From Octopus sinensis (lineage: Eukaryota): a stretch of 37,292 nt of DNA. The stretch is taken from NCBI RefSeq assembly GCF_006345805.1, contig NW_021835935.1:1-37292 (forward strand), read 5' to 3'. The notes under the pieces were generated by a model. It did not search any database. It was given only the letters and a program-made list of their open reading frames with translations, and was not told the origin of the DNA. Both the position numbers and the translations under genes were made by a program. Every line of letters starts with the position of its first letter. Position 1 is the stretch's first letter. Shown in pieces: positions 1-9,069 of this stretch.

Positions 1-505
1 TTCTCTTTCCATCTCTCTCTTTCACTCTTCCTCTCTCTCTCTCCATCTCTCTCTCTACCTTTCTCTGTTTCTCCCTCTCTCTTTCATCTCTCTCTATCTA
101 TCTCTATCTCTCCTCTTTCCATCTCTCTCTTTCACTCTTCCTCTCTCTCTCTCATCTTTCTCTCCATCTCTCTCTATCTATCTCTATCTCTCCTCTTTCC
201 ATCTCTCTCTTTCACTCTTCCTCTCTCTCTCTCATCTTTCTCTCCATCTCTCTCTACCTATCTCTGTTCCTCCCTCTCTCTTTCATCTCTCTCTATCTAT
301 CTCTATCTCTCCCTCTTTCCATCTCTCTCTATCTATCTCTATCTCTCCTCTTTCCATCTCTCTCTTTCACTCTTCCTCTCTCTCTCTCATCTTTCTCTCC
401 ATCTCTCTCTCTATCTATCTCTATCTCTCCCTCTTTCCATCTCTCTCTATCTCACCTCCCTCCCTCTCTCTCTTCGTCTTCCTCTCTCTCCCTTTCTCTC
501 TCTCT
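1..505. repeat. Polypyrimidine (TC)n-rich compound repeat with higher-order units
   Basis: Almost only T/C on + strand; recurring block tctatctatctctatctctcctctttccatctctctctttcactcttcc. Confidence 0.95.
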
Positions 506-540
506 GTGATAAGCATTATTATTTTTTAAAAGCAAAGTAC

Positions 541-866
541 TTTTATTTATTTTATTCATGCGCCCTTTTAAAGCCTAGCCAGGCTCATGGGCCCGGTTTC
601 CCGGTTTCCATGGTGTATGTGTTCCGCCACAGCTGGACGGGACGCCAGTCCATCGCAGCGTTACTCATGAAACAGGAAGAAAGAGTGAGAGAAAGTTGGG
701 GGCGAGAGACTACAACAGGGGTCACCACCACCCCCTGCCGGAGCCTCATGGAGCTTTTAGGTGTTCTCGATCAATAAACACACACAACGCCTGGTCTGGG
801 AGTCGAAACTGTGATCCTCCGACCGCGAGTCCGCTGCCCTAACCACTGGGCCATTGTGCCTCCATA
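541..866 (-). mobile_element. tRNA-derived SINE with Meta/V-like central domain
   Basis: Minus strand starts GGAGGCACAATGGCCCAGTGGTTAGG (A box) ... GTTTCGACTCCC (B-box-like); body has CTGCGATGGACTGGCGTCCCGTCCAG and GAAACCGGG, resembling conserved SINE central domains; (AAAT)-like tail at ~541-555. Domain assignment is from memory and needs a search. Confidence 0.7.
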
Positions 867-891
867 GAAGAAAGTACTAGAGTCACTTTAA

Positions 892-1489
892 CCCTTTTGT
901 TACTGTATTTATTTTGAGATGCTCTGTGTTTCTTTCAATTACTTTAAATATAACAAAGAATTTAGTAAAATAACTTAGTTATCATTCAGCTAGTGTTAGG
1001 AACATAAATTGTGATTAAAGTCTGGTGGAAGATTTTGATTCAAAACTTGTGAAAACAAAACATTTGTACCACAGAGCCAGAGACGGTTTCAGCCGGGTTG
1101 GTAACAAATAATAATAATAATAATAATGAAATTATTGTATACGGTGCTCAGGTGCACCACAACTTGTCAGAAAGTGTGTATAAAGCGTATGCAGTAATGT
1201 ACAAATGTCTGGAAAGCGAACAATGTATGAGTCAGATACATGCTTGCATGTGTATGGAGGGGAGAAAATCAGGTGTAGTGTTGGCGAATCTCAGGAAGCA
1301 TGGAAGTTTTAAAGGATGCAGTGCTCCGACAACTAACAACTGATGCCGGCAGTTTGTTCCATGCTTCAGCAACTCTTAGTGTGAAAAAATGTTTCCGAAA
1401 GTCATGGGAGCTGTGCTGTTTTCTGACTTTGTAAATATGTCCACGGGTGTTAGACAGGTGGAGTTTGAAAAGGTGCTCAGAGTTAAGGG
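892..1489. mobile_element. piggyBac-like MITE (TTAA TSD), right TIR interrupted by a LINE fragment
   Basis: TTAA(888-891)|CCCTTTTGTTAC ... GTAACAAA(1101-1108) [insert] AAGGG(1485-1489)|TTAA(1490-1493); the rejoined right end is the reverse complement of the left end. Confidence 0.7.
1109..1484 (-). mobile_element. 5'-truncated CR1-type LINE 3' end
   Basis: Clearly similar to 12040-12300 (e.g. ttccatgcttcagcaactct..gtgtgaa.aaatgtttccgaaagtcatgggagctgtg); (TAA)n tail at 1108-1127. Confidence 0.85.
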
Positions 1490-2017
1490 TTAATCAACTG
1501 ATGCTGGTAACTTCCGAGGTTTTTTTGCAACAAGAGACAACAGTTGTATCTTGTTCTTCGTTAAGGCCAGATGAAGGTGTAGACTTTTAATGAAAGTGGT
1601 CACTAATTTGAAATATGAAAGTGTTTATGACAAAGTCCATTAAATGCGCTTTTGAGGAGCATATGTTAATGAATATCAGCAGGCAGTTTTTAAGCAAAAC
1701 ATTGTACTTTTATTGAATTAGGAACGAGAGCTGGCAAGTAGCAAGAGGTGTGGCTGATTGGCTGGTGTATGCCAGACCACAACTGTGCTATGCTGCGACG
1801 ACACAAATAGCTTTCCTAACTCACGACAAACTCTATTACGGTGAGGAGCAGCAAACCCAGGGAATTTTGTCTTTAAAATGTGTGTGTGTGCGTGTGTGCG
1901 CACGCGTATGAATGTGTGTGTGTGTGTATACATACACATACTTATAATATATATATATATTTTTTTTCCAACGGCGGTGCATCAGCATGGCCACAGCTCT
2001 GAGCTGAAACTAGAAAA

Positions 2018-2052
<35 letters not shown>

Positions 2053-2322
2053 ACACACACGTGTCTCTCTGTGTGTGTCTGTGTGTGTGTGTGTGTATGG
2101 ATATATACTCACACACACAACGGTGAATCCACAATGGTGGATTCATTTTCTTTATTTATGGATAAACAATGCAACCAATGGTCTCATGTGAAGAGATCTT
2201 TACAATTGTTCAAGCTCATTAATTTGAATATTGCTACTTGTCTCCTTGCGCCTATATTAGAAAGGATTGCTCTTATTATTATTGTTGTTGTTGTTGTTGT
2301 TGTTGTTATTATTATTATTATT

Positions 2323-2916
2323 GAGTGAGCGAGCAGAGCATGCCATCAAAGTGACACTGGGGTAAAATATACGAAGCCCAGTATACCCATCATGACTACC
2401 CGTCTGATAAGGGTACACCAGGCACATGCATCACAACCATATGTGCGTGACATGGTGATCTCATATCAAGATAAACAGCACATGACCTTGCAGTGGAGCC
2501 CAGTTAGAATTTTCTTCATCAGATCGAGTAACCCATCCCGCTCAAAAGGTCCCTGAATAAGGGTTTTTAAGGACGTTGAACGAAACACCCATGTTTCCAA
2601 AGGTGAATTATTCAAACCCCAAAGAATCCCTCTCAACACATGGCTATGATGCTCCCCCACTACTTCTGCTCGTGATCAGAGATGCACATATCGTCAGCCA
2701 CTAAGGGACATGCTCAACTGGTTAAGGTCAAACAACTGACAAGCAATCTGTGGTATTGGCAGAATATTTGCTGTAGCCCATCTTTTTAAATAACAAGACA
2801 AAACAATGTACATGATCACACTTCCAATCAGTTAAGATCAGAAGCCATGGAGAGCCACTGCCTGGTACTGCATCAGGGCATGGCAAATCTGTGGTATTGA
2901 GCAGAAGATTTGCTGT
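2323..2916. repeat. Unclassified ~560-bp interspersed repeat, copy 1, embedded in (ATT)n
   Basis: Colinear, highly similar copy at 33165-33715; both bounded by (ATT)n; this copy ends with a short re-duplication of gcaaatctgtggtattg..cagaa.atttgctgta. Confidence 0.85.
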
Positions 2917-2947
2917 ATATTATTATTATTATTATTATCATTATTCA

Positions 2948-4078
2948 GTAGTTTTATTTTTATAGCGTGCTTTCACTTCACTACCGAGCGCAGCTCTGTG
3001 TGCCTTGGGTATGTGCTGTGATTTGTTGTGATGCTCTGATGGTTATTGTATGGAAAGTGTTCTGCGTAGGATGTGTGCAGTGCCTAGTAGTGCAATTTTC
3101 TGTATGTTATATGTGTTTGTAAGTCCTGGTGTTTTTGTTATGTATTTGTCTGAATATTTTTTTATCATGCCTAATGCACCTACTATGATAGGAATTGTTT
3201 CTGTTTTCAGATTCCACATTCTAGTTACCTCTATTTCCAGGTCTTTGTATTTTGGAGTTTCTCCATTTCTTTTAGAGACACGTTGTCATCTGCCGGTATT
3301 GATACATCAATTAGAAAGCATTTTTTTTCTTCATGATCTCTGACAACTATATCTGGTCTGTTGGCCTTAATTTCTCTATCTGTGTGTATCGGCATATCCC
3401 AGAGTATGGTTGCTTTCTCATTTTCTGTGACCTTTTCTGGTGTGTGGCCTATACCATCTTTTTTCTGTTGTTATTCCATTATGTTGGCATAGCTTCCAAT
3501 GTATGTAGCTCCAACTCTGTCATGTCTGTGAATATATTCCTTCTTAGCCAGGACTGGGCAGCTAGAGATAATATGATTTATTGTTTCTTGTCCATCTCCA
3601 CATATTCTGCAGTTACTTGTAATATTTCTTTTCATTACTGTTTTTTGTAATTTCTGGTGGGGAGGCTTTGGTCTTGTGCTGCAATTAAAAAATCCCTCTG
3701 TTTCTGCTTTGAGTCCTGAGCTTCTCAACCATTGCTGGGATTTTTCTTTGTCTATTTCTTTTTTGCGTTTAGTTTAGTGCAGTATTTACCATGAAGGGGC
3801 TTTTCTTGCCATCGTTTTATCATGGCTCGTTGCTGTTCTATTTTTAGTTTGGATTTCATTTGTTTTATAGCTTTTGTTGTTTCTTCATCATCTTCTTCTT
3901 CTTCTTCTTCTTTGTGTTTATTAGGTGTTATGAATTCTTGTTTGTATTTGTCAGCTTCCTTAAATACTGAGAACAGCTTTTTGTTTTGCTCGTGTTTTGC
4001 TGCTATCTGGATCAGTTTTCCTTCCTTCTGAAGTAGGTATTTTTGCAGTCCTATGGTGGTTATTTTTAGTAGTTTTCC
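2948..4078 (-). mobile_element. R4/Dong-like RLE LINE, 3' fragment (copy A)
   Basis: CRICGDGQETINHIISSCPVLAKKEYIHRHDRV (CCHC knuckle) followed by RLE region ending IVGALGMIKK..IQKIALLGTAHILRRTLSIQ*; flanked by (TTA)n on both sides. Confidence 0.85.
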
Positions 4079-4117
4079 AGTTTATTATTATTTATTATTT
4101 TATTATTATTATTATTA

Positions 4118-5022
4118 TTGCTCTTTATCACAGGTTTCGTTGGAGCTCCTGAGGTCTTACATGCGTAAGCGGGCTTGCTGCCTGCAGCCTACGGTACCAT
4201 GCTATCTGTTCTTTTCAGCTATCTAATACTTTCCTGATTATTCTGGCTGTGCCAAGGAGGCAAACCTTTTGTAACAGTTCTACTGGGCACTCTATTCCAA
4301 TTTCCTTCATATTCCTCTTGATGCCTTCTGACACTGTTCCCAACGACCCAACAATAATTAGCACTATCTTCACCTTCTTCATTTTCCATAACTGGGCTAT
4401 TTTGTACTTGAGAGGATTGTGTTTATCTATCTTTTTCTCTTCCTTCTTAACTATTCATGGGTCAAAGGGGCATGCAACATCAACTATATAGCATATGTGT
4501 TGCACTTTTTCCACCACCCCTAGTTCCGGTCTGTTATGCTCTAGCACCTGATCTGTTTGGATTGGGAAATCCCAGAGGATTTTGCTAGTCTCCACTCCGC
4601 CACTCTCTGCAGCTGGTGCTTATACCATGTCTTGCCTCTCTCTCTAGCCCCCACTTTTCGCAACCTTTCCAATGTAGCACTTTCACACTACTTGATTGTG
4701 TTGCCATAACTTGTAGTGGTTTTGGGCTAGTTTAGGGCATTCGATCGTGATATGGGCAATTGCTTCATCCACTCTATTGCAGATGCAATACAGCAGAGAC
4801 ACTTGCTCATTCCTAAGGTTGACCCTCCAGTTCATGGCCAAAGTTTGGTCTTGCGCTGCCAGTATAGTGCTCCCAGTCTCTTTTTTTAGGGTTCCTTTCA
4901 TCAGCCAATCCCACCTATTTTTTCCAGCAACTTCTGTTGTGGTTGCATGGAATTGATTGTGTAGTCCCTTCTTGCATAATTCTTCTTCATGTCCTTTTTG
5001 TACTAATTCCTTTGTTTTTCCT
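4118..5022 (-). mobile_element. R4/Dong-like RLE LINE, 3' fragment (copy B, different subfamily)
   Basis: KGLHNQFH..WDWLMKGTLKKETGSTILAAQDQTL..CICNRVDEAIAHITIECPKLAQ; ILWDFPIQTDQVLEHNRP; LQKVCLLGTARIIRKVLDS*; (TTA)n both sides. Confidence 0.85.
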
Positions 5023-5050
5023 TATCATTATTATTATTATTATTATCGCA

Positions 5051-5260
5051 GTGAGCTGGCAGAATCGTTAGCACACTGGATGAAATGCTTAGCGGTATTT
5101 CACCCATCGCTACATTCTGAATTCAAATTCCACCGAGGTCAACTTTGCCTTCATCCTTTCGGAGTCGATAAATTAAGTACCGGTGAAATACTGAGATCGA
5201 TGTAATCGATAAGTCCCCTACAACCAATTTTCAGGCCATGTGCCTTTAGTAGAAATGACT
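5051..5260 (+). mobile_element. tRNA-derived SINE with Nin/Deu-like domain (family B)
   Basis: GTGAGCTGGCAGAATCGTTAG head, ttcaaattcc B-box-like, GCCTTCATCCTTTCGGAGTCGATAAATTAAGTACC core; further copies at 20.8, 21.3, 31.0, 33.8 and 34.2 kb. Confidence 0.8.
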
Positions 5261-5274
5261 ATTATTATATTTAA

Positions 5275-5465
5275 TTAAAGCTCTTGGCTCTTTTGCCGGT
5301 ATGATGGAAAGTGTCAGCTGTCCACATCCAGCAGACTAAGTTGACACTTGTTTACTGGTCCTGCTTCAAGAACCCTGCATAGAATTCTTGCAGTTCCGAG
5401 TAATGCTGATTTTTGTAGGGGTTCTATCTTTGCACTCCTACCAAGCTTTCTGAGCCTTACAGTTG
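5275..5465 (-). mobile_element. R4/Dong-like LINE extreme 3' end (copy C)
   Basis: QKSALLGTARILCRVL motif on minus strand; adjacent to long (ATT)n at 5473-5638. Confidence 0.7.
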
Positions 5466-5654
5466 TACCAATCTTTATTATCATTATTATTATTATTTTA
5501 TTATTATCATTATTATTACTATTATTATTATATTATATATTATTAATATTATTATTATCATTATTATTATTATTATTATTTTATTATTATTATTATTATT
5601 ATCATATTATTAGCATTATTATTATCATTATTATCATTACCTAGATATTCAGGT

Positions 5655-5706
5655 TTTACATTGAAACTATTAGTTACGCCATAACATGGCTCTTCAGGTA
5701 ATGTAA
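5655..5706 (-). ncRNA. Degenerate type I hammerhead ribozyme in a Penelope-like remnant
   Basis: TTACATTAC CTGAAGA GCCA-TGTTA-TGGC GTAAC TAATA GTT TC AATGTAA: 7-bp stem I, 4-bp stem II, GAAA mutated to GTAA. Confidence 0.6.
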
Positions 5707-5869
5707 GATAAAGGTGATTTGTTCCACCTTATATGCTTATTCGTCAAAGAAGTGAATGAAGCAGGACTGGTGTCTTTGGAAATGGTTTACTTGATTTATG
5801 AGATGTCTGTTTTCATTCAGTACTGTGTTTACAGATTCCTGTGTCTATATTTGTTTAAACAATTCGATG

Positions 5870-6465
5870 TATGTATGTATACAGTAAGTATGTATGTATG
5901 TATGTATGTGTGTATGTGGTATGTATGTAGGTAGGTAGGGTATATGTGCATGTGTATGTATGCATGTATATATGTATGTGTGTGTAGGTAGGTATGTATG
6001 CTTGTATGTACATATGTATGTACGTATGAATGTATGTATGTTTGTAATGTAAATGTTTGTATGTAGGTGTGTGCAGGGCTGATGTGTAGGTATATGTGTG
6101 CGTATGTATGTATGTATGTATGTATGTATGTTGGTGGCTGTGTCTGGTGCAATATATATGCATGTGTGTCAGTGTGTCTGTGTGTCTGTTGAGACAGCAT
6201 TATCATTTCCATTTATTTTCGTTTGTAAGACGTGGTGTTTTCATTTGGCTTTCTGTGTCTGTGTGTCATTTTAAATAGTTTGATGTATGTGTAAGTATTT
6301 ATTCCCACCCCTCCCACACCACACATATATTTATACATAGGTGTGTGTCTATTTATCTGTCTATCTCCCTCTCTATCTATCTATTAGTCTGTCTATCTAT
6401 CTATCTATGTATCTATCTATCTATCTATCTATCTGTGTGTGTGTATATGTATATATATATATATA
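5870..6465. repeat. Compound (TATG)n/(TG)n/(TATC)n/(TA)n microsatellite
   Basis: Visible simple repeats; the HIYT/CMYV-type ORFs here are artefacts. Confidence 0.9.
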
Positions 6466-6670
6466 ACAGGAAGTTTTATGAAAATAAACAAAAGACGAAG
6501 GCAGGTGGAATACAAACAAACAACTGTATTAGTATGGCGCTCAGGAATATAAATAAAACAAGTCTTTTATGTTTCGAGCCTACGCTCTTCAACAGAAAGA
6601 TAAACAGAAAAGAAACACAGAAAGAACAAGGAGAGAAAAAAAAATGCGTGCAGAAGCTAGCGAATCAACA
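6465..6670 (-). mobile_element. Short (TA)n-embedded repeat carrying a variant minimal hammerhead motif (copy 1)
   Basis: Minus 6600-6563: TCTTT CTGTTGA AGAGC GTAG GCTC GAAAC ATA AAAGA; related copy at ~10875-11050. Confidence 0.5.
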
Positions 6671-6708
6671 TATATATATATATATATATATATAAACATA
6701 ACTGTATC

Positions 6709-6748
<40 letters not shown>

Positions 6749-7090
6749 ATTAATAGTATTTTATTAACTTTTATAGCTTTAGAATTTATGAACTGAACCA
6801 TGGTTTTAATTATTATTTTTCATCTCCCTATGTATTAGTTTTTTTTTTTTTTTTTTAAAAACTATTAGCCAAATATGTATAATATCGGTGCTTATTAATA
6901 TTAATATATACACTGATATATATTTTGTTTTATTTTGTTCTGTTTACCTTCCATTATTGTACCAATGAGTATTATATTATATAAGTGTAGCATTATGATG
7001 TATAAGTTTTTATATTTTACATTTTTATATTTTTATATTTATATGTATATGGTATATAATATATTTTTCACAATTATACACAAATTTAAT

Positions 7091-7210
7091 TTAATTCTCT
7101 GAAGAGGCCGTGGGGCATCCTTGTTAATGCCTCATTTATACCTGCCTTTATGGCTTATAGGTTAAATGAGGTATGACTGCCCTCACTGCCGAAACAGCTG
7201 TCAGTTTTGA
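7091..7210 (+). ncRNA. Type I hammerhead ribozyme with complete core and extended stem II
   Basis: CTGAAGA 7099-7105; stem II GGCCGTGGGGCA(7106-7117)/TGCCCTCACTGCC(7178-7190) plus ATGCCTCATTTA(7127-7138)/TAAATGAGGTAT(7163-7174); GAAAC 7191-7195, palindromic AGCT loop, GTC 7200-7202. Confidence 0.75.
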
Positions 7211-7430
7211 TTTAATGACATATTATATTTGAAATTTTTTATTATATCTCTTTGTCTTTTTACTTTTACTATTACTGTATATTTTGAATGCCTTTACTCA
7301 TATGTAATGGTGTATTAAAGTATTGACATTGGGTATCATCGATATTGATGTTTTATTGATTTAAGCATGTTTCTCCATTCTCTAATTTTGTAGTTATATA
7401 TATAATATATATATATATAATATATATATA

Positions 7431-7628
7431 CTCTTTTACTTTTGTTTCAGTCATTTGACTGCGGCCATGCGGAGCACCACCTTTAGTCGAGCAAATCGAC
7501 CCCGGGACTTATTTCTTTTGTCGCCCAGTACTTATTCTATCGGTCTCTTGCCGACCGCTAAGTACGGGGACATAAACACACCAGCATCGGTTGTCAGGCA
7601 ATGCTAGCGGGACAACACAGACACACAA

Positions 7629-7675
<47 letters not shown>

Positions 7676-7827
7676 TACGACAGGCTTCTTTCAGTTTCCG
7701 TCTACCAAATCCACTCACAAGCATTGGTCAGCCCGGCTATAGCAGAAGACACTTGCCCAAGATGCCACGCAGTGGGACTGAACCCAGAACCATGTGGTGT
7801 GTTAGCAAGCTACTTACCACACAGCCA
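7431..7827 (-). mobile_element. tRNA-derived CORE-like SINE (family A) with internal microsatellite
   Basis: Minus-strand head tggctgtgtggtaagtagcttgct..gggttcagtcccactgcgtggcatcttgggcaagtgtc; same architecture at 8341, 20292, 23612. Confidence 0.85.
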
Positions 7828-8159
7828 ACACACATATAAATTTTGTAAATAAAATTATAAGTGTTCACCATATACTCAGTATATCAAATAGTCTAATATT
7901 AGGGCATATAGCTCCCTTAATGATAAAACCTCACCATTTGTACAGGACTTATACACCTTACTTTTAGTCTATTTTCTATAGTTATATACAGGGAATGCTT
8001 ATAATTCTGTTTACAAAACTTCAATCACTGCTGTTTCCTAATTCATGCTAAATTCACACACATTTTATATGTTTCAGTCATCAGCCATGCTGGATCACTA
8101 TCTTAAGGAATTTTAACCCCCAACTTATCACCCAGTATTATTATAATTTTCTTTGTAAA

Positions 8160-8275
8160 GCCTGGTACTATTATCAGTCCTCTTTGCCAAACTGCCAAGC
8201 TACAGGGATGTAAATGCACCAACACCAGTAATCAAGCAGTGGTGGGGAACAAACACAGACACACAGACTTACATA
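8160..8275 (-). mobile_element. Family A SINE 3'-half fragment
   Basis: ctggtacta..tcctctttgccaaactgccaagctacagggatgtaaatgcaccaacaccagt matches the family A body. Confidence 0.6.
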
Positions 8276-8340
8276 CACAGATGTATGTTTGTGTATGTAT
8301 ATATGTGTGCATGTGTGTGTGTGTGTGTGTATAAGTAGCT

Positions 8341-8785
8341 AGGTGTAGGAGTGGCTGTGTAGTAGGTAGCTTGCTTACAAACCCACATGGTTCTGGGTTC
8401 AGTCCCACTGCATGGCACCTTGGGCAAGTATCTTCTACTATAGCCTTGGGTTGACCAAAGCCTTGTCAGTGAATTTGGTAGATGGAAATTGAAAGAAGCC
8501 CATCGTATGTATTCTTATTCGTGTAACCTCGTCCGTTTTTCCGTCCTTGTTTTTTATACATTCGAGGCTTTCTTCCAAGGAATCTAATGTGCTTGGCTTA
8601 GATTTTCCTTTGGGGCTGGCCAGATTGGAGCAATCTCAAGATTAATCAGCCGAAATTGCGATGATGATCCAGTTCTTGACTGAAGATTGAAGGCTTCGAA
8701 TGTCCCGTCCGTGTGTTTTTTGTATCGTCTTCTAAATGTTTTGCGTTCTTGTCCCAGTTTGTATTTTTTTACATATATATATGTG

Positions 8786-8842
<57 letters not shown>

Positions 8843-9045
8843 TGTGTGTCTGTGTTTGTCCCCCCAACATCGCTTGCCAACCATACTGGTGGTTTACATC
8901 CCCCATAACTTAGCAGTTTGGCAAAAGGGACCGATAAAATAAGTACTATGCTTACAAAGAATAAGTCCTGGGGTCAATTTGCTCGACTAAAGGTGGTGCT
9001 CCAGCATGGCCACATCACATACTGAAACAAGTAAAAGAGAGTATA
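8341..9045 (+). mobile_element. Family A SINE with a ~250-bp nested insert
   Basis: AGGTGTAGGAGTGGCTGTGTAG (A box), GGTTCAGTCCC (B box), CCTTGGGCAAG core, tail actgaaacaagtaaaagag; foreign sequence at ~8510-8765. Confidence 0.85.
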
Positions 9046-9069
9046 TATATATTATATATATATATATAT

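Noticed and set aside
2124-2145. Perfect 9-bp hairpin TGAATCCAC-AATG-GTGGATTCA
   Set aside because: Single short palindrome with no supporting context.
2490-2530. CTGATGA/CTGAAGA on the minus strand of both copies of the 560-bp repeat
   Set aside because: No stem II-GAAA-stem III arrangement follows; not a hammerhead topology.
5652-5697. Possible 45-nt plus-strand exon (cag|...CAG|gtaatg, FYIETISYAITWLF)
   Set aside because: Weak acceptor, no partner exons, and better explained by the minus-strand hammerhead relic.
5829-6212. Long HIYT/CVCV/YLSI-type ORFs here and throughout the window
   Set aside because: Translations of (CA)n, (TA)n, (TATC)n, (GGT)n repeats; no coding evidence.
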